Source: Spizellomyces punctatus DAOM BR117 (Eukaryota). Taken from it: a DNA stretch of 64,000 nucleotides. The stretch's first letter is position 1. Each line of letters begins with the position of its first letter. The notes under the pieces were generated by a model. It was not told where the DNA came from. It saw only the letters and a list, made by a program, of their open reading frames with translations, and did no database searches. Shown in pieces: positions 1 through 14,034 of this stretch. The stretch lies in the NCBI GenBank assembly GCA_000182565.2, contig KQ257454.1; one strand, written 5' to 3'. Both the position numbers and the translations under genes were made by a program.

Positions 1-286
1 GTCCAGAGGAAAGAGACCCAGTTCCAAAGGTTGACTGTGAAGCCGCCCATTAAAGAGTAGTACATCAGTCATGTATATAGTATGTCAAAATTTTTAGGTT
101 TAGTTTAGTTGCTGGAGCCATTATTTTCTGTGTTACTAAGTATGTAGAAATGCCATTCACCATTATGAATTCCATCATTCGTCCTCCAAGCACATTGCCC
201 AGCGATCACTCCCTTGGAAAGTAAAGTTTTTCCAAGACACCTTATCTATTTGGATGTACATCTATCACTTCCTTGGAAAGTAAAAC

Positions 287-368
287 GTCGGTTTGGCGGA
301 GTGGTTAACGCGGTGGCCTGCTAAGCCATTTCCTTCTGGGAGCACAGGTTCGAATCCTGTAGCCGACG
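287..368 (+). tRNA. tRNA-Ser, anticodon GCT, intronless, long variable arm
   Basis: Acceptor stem GTCGGTT/AGCCGAC, D-arm TGGCGGAGTGGTTAACGCG, anticodon arm GTGGC-CTGCTAA-GCCAT, long variable arm, T-loop GGTTCGAATCC. 82 nt, with a T6 Pol III terminator at about 390-395. Confidence 0.95.
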
Positions 369-600
369 CTCGCGCAGAGGGAAAACATCTTTTTTGATGG
401 TTTTATACATGCACAGACTTTCACCGCTTTGTGGTTCACGCACTGTATGATCATTTGAAGGTGCTGGTTTTATACATGCATACAGACGCTCGCGCAGAGT
501 GAAAACCTCTTTTTTGAAGGCGCTGGTTTTATATACATGCATACAGACGCTCGCGCAGAGTGAAAACCTCTTTTTTGAAGGCGCTGGTTTTATACATGCA
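365..600. repeat. ~60-bp imperfect tandem repeat (about 3 units) starting at the tRNA 3' end
   Basis: GACGCTCGCGCAGAG(T/G)GAAAAC..CTTTTTTGA...GGTTTTATACATGCA recurs at about 365, 485 and 546. Confidence 0.9.
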
Positions 601-717
601 CTTACCCCCAATCAGGTCCGACGCGTCTCCTATGAGTCGCGGACCCAGGTCCGCAGACCTGATTGCAAATATGGACTTACACTGCTAATAGACCACCAAA
701 AATAACTGCGATTATTT

Positions 718-1385
718 GCACTGGTTTTATACATGCACAGACTTTCACCGCTTTGTGGTTCACGCACCGTGTGATCATTCTCAGTTTTCTTGAAAGAGTG
801 AGTGAAATTCATCAAGATGGCGCGTGATTTTTATCATTCAAAGTGATCCTTTGACACTACAACTCCTATCGAGTATGTTATGGGGCACCATGGAATGTAC
901 TTGTAATTTCTTCCATTCATTCAACGCGCTATTTCATAGCAATTGCTAAGGCGGTATGGCCATGCCATCAAACCTGGTTTAACGCATGCGCTGCTATGTT
1001 TCTGCTGTGTACCGGTTATTTGTCCCATCATATATTCAAAGGAGTTGTAGTACATGCAGAGTGGTGCTTTTGACCGCTTTGGGGTGTAGCCGACGGTTGT
1101 TCGGCTCTTTTTTCTTGTTTTTTATCATTCAAAGTGATCCTTTGACACTAGTACATGCAGAGTGGTGCTTTTGACCGCTTTGAGGTGTGCTTCACGCACT
1201 GTGTGATCATTCTCAGTTTTCTTGGAAGAGTGAGTGAAGTTCATCAAGATGGCTTAAACATCAGTAGTGGTTTCTGCTTGGGATAGGAGCTGGCATGAAC
1301 TTGAGATGCCTGCCCATTGGCAGCCGATTCTGCTTGGAATAGCAACCGGTATGAACTTGAGATGCCTGCCCATTGGCAGCCGACG
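718..1385. repeat. Patchwork of short dispersed direct repeats
   Basis: 721-780 repeats about 398-454. TTCACGCA...TCATCAAGATGGC occurs at about 759-821 and 1191-1253. TTTTTATCATTCAAAGTGATCCTTTGACACTA occurs at about 828 and 1119. TAGTACATGCAGAGTGGTGCTTTTGACCGCTTTG occurs at 1048 and 1149. ATGAACTTGAGATGCCTGCCCATTGGCAGCCGA occurs at 1295 and 1351. Confidence 0.85.
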
Positions 1386-1941
1386 ATGGAGGTTCAGATC
1401 TGAATTTGAAGGTGCCCAAGGCAAACTTATCCAATCGGGCTCACTCTCTTACCCAAAGTGCATGGCCGGTAAAAGACCATGCGCCAGTGACTCACGCACA
1501 AGATACCGTGGGTCAAACAGCCCAAGCCGATCTGACTGCAAACCAAACCCAAGCAACTGCAAAAAGGTCTTGACATGATTTCATAACTAATACTTTGTAT
1601 TTCAATAATAAGATGATGGCAGTTTGACTGCAAACAGTTTACTCTTTTGCAGCTTGGGCAGTTTTTTGTTATTTGAACGCGTGTCTATGGCCTTCCAAAA
1701 GTGGACTTACAAATTACGACCTTTCCCACAGTTTTTGACGCGGTTCATTTCGCAGTCATCAACCTCGCCCCCTTTATATAGTGGACTTACGCAGCAGTAG
1801 CAGTCTTTCCCACGCCAGATTTTTCGACATCTTTCATCGGTCCCATTCATCTGCCTTTTTCCATCGTTTCCCACTTACCCACATACTCTTATCACAACTA
1901 CACCGTCCTCAACAACACTTTTTAACCACACCCATCCAAAA

Positions 1942-4813
<2,872 letters not shown>

Positions 4814-5224
4814 GCATGTCACTGTTTCTGGTTGCTTTGCTCTATGGCGTGATGCGCGGAATGTTGGTAGTTTTGGAGAGGGGTGGTTCTATTTAGAGGG
4901 AGTGTTTGCAGAGCTTGGGGTCTTTTTTCCCACTCTCGTCTTTTGAAAATGTTTTTCGTTTGCTGGCAAGGTTCTCCCGTTTTGTAATATATTCGGATGA
5001 ATAAATATTTTCCTTTGCATGAAGTGTTGCTTTGGATAAGTCCTTATATTACCCAACATTACCCAATGCACATCTGGTGATAATCCTACGTGGTTTTCTA
5101 TATTTGAATCACCTAAAACAGTATATACAAAAAGTTGAACAACGCATGCCAGAGATTTAGCAACCCCATGTAGCAACAAAATTCACGGAAATCATCGACA
5201 GTGAAGACCACTGGTTTCCTTGGT

Positions 5225-6960
5225 TCAAAACCCTTCTTCAACTTCTAACCTAACTAACTCTGTACTTGAAAACCCAGCCCTAAGCTCCTGCAGAAACTCT
5301 GCAGAAGGTCTCCGTCTTCCGTTCATGAAGCCGTCATGCTCGTCGTGCACGACATCATCCTCACCTCCTTCACCCCACCTCGCATGCGCTTCAATCTTTA
5401 AAACCCGTAAGGCCGTGCACCCCTCCACCAAAGCTGTGAGCCCTTGCTCGGAAACACAGGGACAACCCCGGAGATCCAGTTTTTCTAATCGCGCGTCATG
5501 TCGTTTGGTCAAAATCTCCAAAACCTCGTCCGTTACTGCAGTTCCAAGCCATGCAAGAGAGAGGGTTTTGAGTTTGGGTAAATGCATCAACAAATTCGCG
5601 AGTGTTCGTTCTGACGTTTGCTTGTAACCAGATAGGATCAATGTATGCAGGTTTTGCGATGCAGTTAAAACTTCCATGACTGGTTCGCCTCCGGATGTGA
5701 AAGAAAGGTCTAGCGAGTGTAGATGCGGACTGTTTTGAAGGAGGGTGCGGATGGTACAGGCTGTGACGGCGTGAAGGCAACCACGCAAGTCCAATGTGCG
5801 CAAATTGGGGGCGTTTTGGGCGATGTGCAGAAGGGAAGCAGGTGAAAGGTTTGACCAAGGATATAACATTGTTCTAAGTGATCGCCCACTGGTTTCGAGA
5901 ATACTTGCAATGTGCTCCTCTGTATCTCCACCCGATAGACGCAGGTAACTCGTTTGCGGGCCTGAGCATCTGGAAACCAAACCTGCCAACCGTGTCCTCC
6001 CTGCATCTCCATCAAAGCCCACATCGATGTGGATTGTGTGGAGTTTCCGAATGCTGTCTTGAAGAGCCTGCGGATCTTCGGCTGGATATGAGCCAATGTG
6101 GCCCTGAAGAATGAGCGTCCGGACACGAGGACTTGATTCCAAGAGGATGGTCAGCGTCTTGATATCAAGCCTTTCGCACCAGACTTTCAAGGTGTGAACG
6201 TTTGAGCATGTTTTTGCCAGAGTCAACAGAACTTGAGTGTGTGTCGGTTCATGAAGGCGGAGACGGAGAAGGTTTAAGCTCTTTGTGTGCATTGTAGGAG
6301 ACATGTGCGGAGTGTAAATGTGATACGTGCATGTGCGTATAAACTTGTAAAGAATGGATTCAGTCGGAATATCTGGCGAGCTGTATAGTACGGGTGTCGT
6401 CACGGCGTTCCAGTATCGGTTGACTAGAGCGCAGGATGCAAGTGTTTTCTGCCGAGTTGTTCGACGGTTGCATAAAGGCCATATGGGCGTCGCGGCATGA
6501 TCGAGAGCCAATTCGTCCGTTTCATCTTTGACTATGGAGAGGATGATAGTGAGCAGTTCCGGTAATAGTTGAGAAGCCTGGTTGGAGCGAACGCAAAAGG
6601 AAGGTCGCCTGATAGGTATCGTGGCAGGGGTAGACTCGTCCTGGGTGAAGTTAAATGTAACTGGCTCAATTCTGTTGGAATGATATAGGTTTTGTCAAAG
6701 ATGTGGTTGACAAAACCCAGTTTTGCTCTATAGCACTTTTGCCAAACTCACCTCTTTAAACCCCAGATCGGCGATTGGTCCTCCCACGAACCATAGCCTT
6801 CATCCTCCTCCGTACTCTTCCATCCAAGACTCAATTGACCACATCCGACTTGCTTGGTAATGCAGATGGCGGAGACGTCGCGAACCATGTCGACCGAGTC
6901 GTCTCCGCCTTTGGCGTCTCCTTTACAAGCATTTACCGCGCCCACCATGATACCGTCCAT
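5225..6960 (-). CDS. F-box / leucine-rich-repeat (RNI-like) protein; 2 exons (6960-6752, 6671-5225)
   Basis: An F-box-like segment QLLPELLTIIL...LASCALVNRYWNAV lies in frame upstream of the listed ORF. Repeated LxxLDLxGC motifs follow. An 80-nt GTGAGT...CAG intron at 6672-6751 joins the upstream exon in frame. The start codon is less certain. Confidence 0.85.
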
Positions 6961-7339
6961 CTGCGCATACCATATTGAGCATTTGACAATAGTACAAACA
7001 TAAGGGCCATTGAGCCATTTACCTTTGTGGAAAGTGAACAAAAGTAGGAATTTGCAGAGAAAACATATATCCTTCAAATCGCAAAAAAGCAAGAAACAAA
7101 GCAGAGGAAAAGAAATTCAATAATCAAGAACTGCTTTAACCCCCCTTTATAAACAGCCCTTCTTTCAAGTTGGGCTCTAGTGAGTCATGTTGCCAACGCC
7201 ATACGGAAGATTCGTTGACACTCTAGTGGTAGACAAACGGTTGCTCATGTGCCCAAAATATTAATTGTTTATTGTAAGGACTAAAGTGTGAAAAAGAGGG
7301 TTTCTGAACAGTCTAAAGGGGATGATGACTCAGCAAGAC

Positions 7340-7702
7340 GCGGTCAGGTGCCATGCGAGTGAATGATCATCGGATCGCCCCCCTAAAGTAGTGGTTGGTA
7401 TCATTCAAAGGTCCCAAATGTTTGCAAAGACTGTGACGCTCAAGTGTTGCAAAAGGAGGTGTGAGGTGTGCAGTGGCTTGTCGTCGTACTGTCCACACCT
7501 TGTGGTCTCGTAAAAGAGATGGCTGTTTGGGCTACTGTAAAAGGCCGGGCGCAGAACAGCAAACAATTGAGTGGCTTTTGTCGTAACCCGTTACGCCAAC
7601 CCTGGCTTGTGGTGTGGGCCAGGGGTTAAGATCCTGTAAGCGGGGTTGCTCAGCTTCTTACTTTGAAAGGTGATCGAAATGGGAAGTGCACTGAGACGCC
7701 GC
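7340..7702 (+). ncRNA. Candidate structured RNA of unknown class
   Basis: About eight adjacent hairpins closed by a terminal helix (7340-7351 with 7688-7702). Wobble pairs read as G-U on the + strand. No ORF and no recognisable family signature. Folded by eye only. Confidence 0.4.
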
Positions 7703-8477
7703 ACAGCTCATTAGCCCTTGCATATCGCTACTGCTTGCAACGTTTAAACCTAAAATGTTGCTTGTGCTGTCCGCAACGCAACCCATGATTCTCATCTTAT
7801 TGGTCTTGGAGAGTAGAGTAGGTTCAGATACGAGCCGTTGTCGGCGCTCAGTTTGTCTTGCGACTCGAGGCTCAAACGCATTTTGATCATCTAAAAGTTG
7901 ATCTTGCTTTAAACTGGTTATATCAAATGTATTTTAATCTCGAGTCGCAATCAACCTGAACGCATCGAAAATTATGGTGACACGCTTGGGTACGGCTCGT
8001 GTCCGCGATATTATGAGCGTATTCTCCATGACCAATAAGGCGAGAATTCATGCGGCGATCTTCATGCGATAGCGTTGATGCCAGAGACGCCGCTCAGCGT
8101 GCAATTGGATATCACAAAGCAACGCAACGCAACAAGCACAAAATGTTGTGTGCACCGCTTTCAATGACAGGGCCATAACCTCGACAGGTGCAAGTGCGAC
8201 AACCAAGAACCATTTTGACCCCAGTTGATGGCTATCATGATATGTAACATCGCTATTGACCCAGTGCCGATCAGGAAGCCCGGGTAATGAAAGAAGAGCA
8301 CCATTCATCTGCCACATTTTTAAGTGATAAATAAAAAGTGTACACGAGCATGTTGTCAATAAATATCTTTCATTCCATTCATTATTGGCCCGCTTGAACC
8401 TCATAAAGAATACACGTACTCCAATTTTGCAAAAAAAAAAAAAAAAATAAAATAAAAGATTTGAATTCTATCGATAA

Positions 8478-11400
8478 TCATCTGCTAATGTTCAAGAAAC
8501 GCTCCATCACCGCATTAGACATTCCCACCCCTCGAGTAATTTTCCGTGCTTGTCGCTTTCGTGGTATCGGCGGTTCTGGCCGGATGAGTTCATCTTCAGA
8601 TTCCTCGACCTCTGGGGAGGCATGTATTGGGCGTTTGGGCCGTTGTACGCTCCTTTTACTAGATGGTTCCTCTACGATAGCTAAACTAGGTTGTGGGTCT
8701 CGGAGGTCATCTTCAGATTCCTCGGCGTTTGGGAGGGATTGTATCCTTCGCTTGGGCTGTCGTACTCTCCGCTCAATAGGTAGCGGCGCCTCTACTATAA
8801 CTAAACTAGGTGTTGGATCTTGGAGGTCATCTGCGGATTCCTCGGCCTGTGGGAGAGATTGTATCCGGCGCTTGGGCCGTCGTGCTCGCCTTTCCCTTGA
8901 TACCTCCTCAACAACAGGTGAAGCGGGCGGTGGCTCTCGGAAGTCACTGAGGCCATTTATAATGTCCACCGACATTTCCCTCTCCTGATGCACATCGTCC
9001 GACAACACTTCATCCGCCCCAGGTGACGGTCGAAAGAGCATTGTGGCCTGCGAACTGCGGGCAGTGGGAGACAACGGCTCTTCTGGTGGGTGCAGTAGAT
9101 TCCATCTGTCCTGTGTATGGTCTGGTAACGTGCCAGGCACTGCAGTCGCATCCAGGTTTGCCGACTCTGGCCACTCTAACATGTCCGGGAAACGATCATC
9201 ATGGTGCTCAGAAGACCCTGTGACGCTGACGGGCGATGTCAAGCGGCCATTCCTTAATTTGGGCTCTACCTCAACATGGATGCGATTCATCCGTGGTGAT
9301 CGTCCCACCGGTATGGCGACGGCCTGGGACTTTTTGGCAAGTTGTGCCAAGTATGCTTCTCCCATTCGCCGGGCGAGAAAACGGAAAACCCTTAATTCCA
9401 GGTGATTCATCAGCGTGGATATCGTGGCGTTTGGAGGTTCTTCAAGTGAATAGGAATCAGCGGAATCAAGGGGTACAAAAAGCTCACATTCGCTCAAACG
9501 TACTGTGTCCAGCTGAGTAGGAAGAACCGTATTTGGCAACCGTACTTATTGAGGTACCGCGCGGCAGATCGGACCATGTGTAAACCCGCGAAACCTACCA
9601 TAAAGTTGCGAAGTGCCATTAGCGTCGGTAACAGTACTAGCCAGTCCGTTAGGGGAATGGTGACATACATTAAAATACCAATCCTGTATCGACTCGTAAA
9701 CCGCAGGAAGCTTCTCAGATACCATCATTACTACGCACTCGGTTCTGCTTCGGAGTTCCGCTGTTGCAATGGACAGTGGACCGGAGTTAATCAGTTCGGA
9801 TGGCGTACGTCATGGTAGCGGACGTCCTACACCTACGTCGCACTGATATAAGGTTTGCTAGACCTCGGGCGCCCATCTCGACACCAATCAGTAATATACG
9901 GCTTGCGTTCGTATGCCTATGTGTCAGTGTAGAACTTAACGATCATAGACTCCACGCGAGACCAGACGCAATGACTTTAGATACTTACCGTCCAATGTTG
10001 TCCCATGCATACTTTGTTACTTCTTTGGTGACCTGGGCGGTATCGTACTGCAGCATTAATTCACTTAAAATGGGTCCCTCTGTGGCTATTTGACAACGGT
10101 CCCATGCACACACCTCATTCGACGTAGCATTGATGTCAATGTCAATCAAAGCGTGCCCATTACGACATATGTCACGTATGTACCGCGTCGACGCATCATG
10201 CTTCACGCAAAATGCCATGAGTTTAGTGACCAGATGTCTCGCGACGGATAACTATGTGTCTTACCACAGAGGTCTTGCCGATCCTCAAGGTGTTGCTGTG
10301 TGCATCTAATCGACCTCTACCGTATGGCACGTTCCATAACCGTTGAGATGGGTTGTCCCGGAATGTCAAGGCTTTAGGGGCTTACCGCACTTCGTCCCAG
10401 CTGCAAAAGGCCCATCAGTGGTTTGCCTTACATTTAGCCGTTTTGCTCTCATCTCACCTCGAGTGTACGAAAATAAAAAGAAAACCCCGGTGGGATTCAA
10501 CATTTTTGCTGCACAGTCATACTTCAGAGCCAGATAGCAGCCAAACACAGTATGTTCCGTGCCATTACCTGACGTGAATCTGTCCTATGAAACGATCGGC
10601 CAAATCTCGGTCTTCGACATCAATTCGTCTAAGGTGAAAAGTTTGAGAAAGCATATAGGTCCTGTACCCCGACAGGACGTCTTAAGAAAAAAGAAAAAAC
10701 GTAATGAGGTTACGCTAGTTTCCAAAAACTTAGCAAAGTACTATACGCACCGTGTAATGGAACGATGAGCTCATGCAAATTCTCTGGACCTGAAGCGTCA
10801 GGGTAAGCCTGAAGGTATCCCGCGTGCAGCGACCTCAAGCATACCTGGCTCTGAGCGGACAAAGGTGGGGACAAGACATTTCCAGTACGGTGATTGACAC
10901 TCGATGACCGTTTGTACAGTTTCAATACACGCTGGACTTGGACCCAGCGTCATGTCTATTGGGGGCGGGGGGTCCCCAAGAAGAACCGATGTCACTGCGG
11001 CAACGGATGACGAAACTGCGTTCAGGTTGTACCCTCCCTGCCAGCAACCTTGTAAGTCAAACGAATCTTCTTCAAAGCTTACTTCTTCACCATACCTCCA
11101 AGCAAACCACTAATTTTCCTCCAGCGAGACCCTTCAGCAAATGAGTCATCTGAGAATATCCCGCCGGAGAAACTCGACACAGACCGAGAGGGTCACCAAT
11201 CGCTGCATCAAAGCCGGCTGAAACTAGTACAGTCGCTCAGAGGGAGATCGTGGAAGATCCCATTCTTAGGAAACATACCGATCACGATTTCCGGATTAAA
11301 CTCATAGGCGATGGGCAAAACGACTCGATGAAAAGCATGCAAATAATCTATGTCATTAAGACCCGCGCAAGGCCACGGGACATTGATATTCCTGTGACGG

Positions 11401-12952
11401 ATATGAGAAGTGCAAGGTGATGAGAATAGTGAAGGCTCAATACAAACCTTCCCCTTGCCCGTTTACCGCCGATATGGTCGGCACTTGCAATGGACAGATG
11501 TGGAAAGAACGCCCCTTCCTCATATCTATGTATGCTTATGAACAGGACATTGGGATCGTTCCAGAAAGCTCTCTGAGTTCCATTTCCTGATATCAAATGT
11601 GTTACGAAGAGATCAGTTGAGATGATTTACTGCTTTCTACATACCGTGATGGACGTCCCAATCAACGATAAGAATCCGTTGCACTCCATGTTGCTGCTGC
11701 AAAACACGGGCGGCGACCGCAACATTGCTGTAGATGCAGAAGCCCCTGGATAGCGATCGTCAGCAGGAAGAACAACCAATGCACAGCTTCAGGCCGTATG
11801 AGCATTCTACTCACAATGCCTACAAATGTCAATTGTGAGTGGTGCGCATGTAATATAGAAAAAAAGTAGCAGCTTCACCTTCGTGGCTTCTGCGTGATGT
11901 CCAGGAGGCCTATACGGTCCAGACAAAGGTCAATACCTATTGGTCCATAGGGGACAGTACCGCAGTCCTTACCGAATCAACGCTATGGCGTTTTCAACAT
12001 GCCCTAACCATACTGCCTCCGCCACCGCAATTGCACCCCCGCATGATAAGCTAGCTGCGTCAGCCGTTGCATCCGAAAAATACACATCATTGTAGCGCTC
12101 TTTGGACATGAGCTTGAGCTGGTCCATTTCCATATCTAGATCCGATCATGAATACAACATCAATCAATCGCAAAAAGATCGTGACGAGCCGCGCATGGTA
12201 CCTCTGGTAGACGAAATTTCTTGAATGTGTTCCTCTGTATGGACTAGCCGAAGTTGCTCGTAGGTCGCCGCAATACCACTTAGCCTGATGCACCGCGATG
12301 CTAGGCCCCGACGCTTGAGTTCTTCATACGCTTTCTCTACCCTTTCTGGAACCTCACAATACTCCTCATCTTCGTCAGGGAAGAGGTTTGTATGACGCAA
12401 TAATCGTGGATCGTAGAACAGCCCGGTCTGATTGGCAGGAGTCTCAAGCGAAGTAGAAAGAGCCGGGCTGGCAACAACTACGCGGTCGTTTGCATATCCG
12501 AGTTCACAAGAAGGAGAGCGACTGCCCTCCGACAACGGAAGAGTTACTTCCCGGGAGGCTTGCAGCGGCGGTGTCTCAGTGCGGGCACGTTCATCGCTAT
12601 CAGACATAGTTTCAAATGGTTCAAAAGTCCGCGGACGGGTGTCATCGTCAAGATCATCCCCTGGTTCGTCAATCCAGGAATTCCTCTCCGTCTCTCTACG
12701 ACAAGCGATTGTCTAAGATCACCAGAATTCGCAAAACTTGGAGAATACTGCAGCGTGCCATATAACGTACCTTTGATGTCCTCCATCCTGATCTAAGTCC
12801 ACGAGCGGTGATGACTGCCAAGAATCCACTGCAACATTATTTCTGCCGAGAACCTGCAATAAGTGTACCAGAGAAAATAAATAAATGGGGAGAAGATCTG
12901 ACAGCTGTTCATCTCTTGGGCCTAAAATAAAGTAATGAATTCGTACCGACAT
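8478..12952 (-). CDS. Class II histone deacetylase (Clr3/Hda1-like): HDAC domain, Arb2-like domain and long repetitive C-terminal tail; many introns
   Basis: Spliced motifs [63 protein letters not shown]. An Arb2-like region follows (KYAWDN, WYFNVSRVY). A GTACGT...GAAG intron splices it in frame into the 8478-9539 ORF. The N-terminal exons are uncertain. Confidence 0.9.
8575..8885 (-). repeat. Three ~40-aa (~120-bp) coding repeats in the HDAC tail
   Basis: [30 protein letters not shown] / [30 protein letters not shown] / [19 protein letters not shown]. Confidence 0.85.
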
Positions 12953-14034
12953 AGTACCGTTGAACCCGCGCGTAGTGGACGGTGATCTCTGCTAATGTCC
13001 AATCGTATAAAGATGTGATGCTGAGAAACGCGGTGTGCATCAACAGGGAAGCGACAATGCAGATTCACTGACTGGGGTGGACTAACATTGCATTCACTAC
13101 GGAACGTTGGCCATCCTCAAGGAGTGGTAGGAATGGATTTTGGACTGGCATGCTGGGTTGACTCAGTTCATGCTGGTTTGCTAATTGTGGCTTAGCACTG
13201 ATTTCCAACCAGCACGGCTGGGTCGTAGGATCAGAGGGCTTTTCTAACTTCTGTATCGTCCGGCCGACATTGATTTGGTTGTGCGGCGGTGCTAGCGAGC
13301 TTATCATCCATTGTCCTTCCTTAGAATGACGAAGTGATCCAAATGCAAAAGATGAAAACTACATAGTGGCCTGGGATAAAACTAGCAATGACATGGCTAC
13401 ACTGTGAGTTCACACTGGGTTATGTAGCCGCTGAATATGCGAGATAATCCAAATTGAGTCCAGGCCGCTCTGGAATCTCCTTCAGGGAAGATGTCGCAAT
13501 GTGAAAGTAGCAGTTTCAATGGCTCAAATCAGAGTACACTTGCTGATCAGATATATCATGGGAAGGATCGTTTTGGATGCTTGGGCAGTATCCTTGAACA
13601 TAGTGCCGACTCATTTACCAATTATAGATCATTCTGGTGGAGTGCAGGGCCGCCAAAGCGGGACTATATGCAGAATTGTGACTTTCGAATGGGTTAGATA
13701 TGGTCGTATAGCGTTTTCTAATGAGCTCAGTTCCTTGTAACCCTACTTGCTGGAAAAACAAGATTAAGTGAATATCATTTTGCTTGCAAGCTGCCCAGTG
13801 ACACGTGTAGTTTAGCTTTCATTTCACTGATCCTTTTTGTGGATGTTGATATGGATTGGAAAATGGTGTTTTTGTGGGTGTTTTTGTGGCGGGGGAGTGA
13901 CTCTATTTCTGGGATTGGAAAGTCGTTGAAGACAAGCAGAATATAAAAGCCATTGCGCTTGCATTTTCCTTGTGCTTGGCCACCTGGGTATAATCGTACA
14001 ATTGGCAATTGGCGCAGAATAGAACCTGACAAGA

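Noticed and set aside
365-600. Regularly spaced repeats resembling a CRISPR array
   Set aside because: The units are contiguous tandem copies with no unique spacers, the context is eukaryotic, and there are no cas genes.
7340-7702. Assignment of the structured region to RNase P/MRP, cobalamin riboswitch, U3 or U5
   Set aside because: Only fragments match (GCTACTGTAA, GGGAAG, GAGTGA, minus-strand GCCTTTTAC). The required conserved boxes are absent or out of order, so it is left unclassified.
8478-9539. Stand-alone 353-aa hypothetical protein
   Set aside because: It begins at a TTG, its first codons overlap an upstream exon and intron, and it splices in frame to the HDAC gene.
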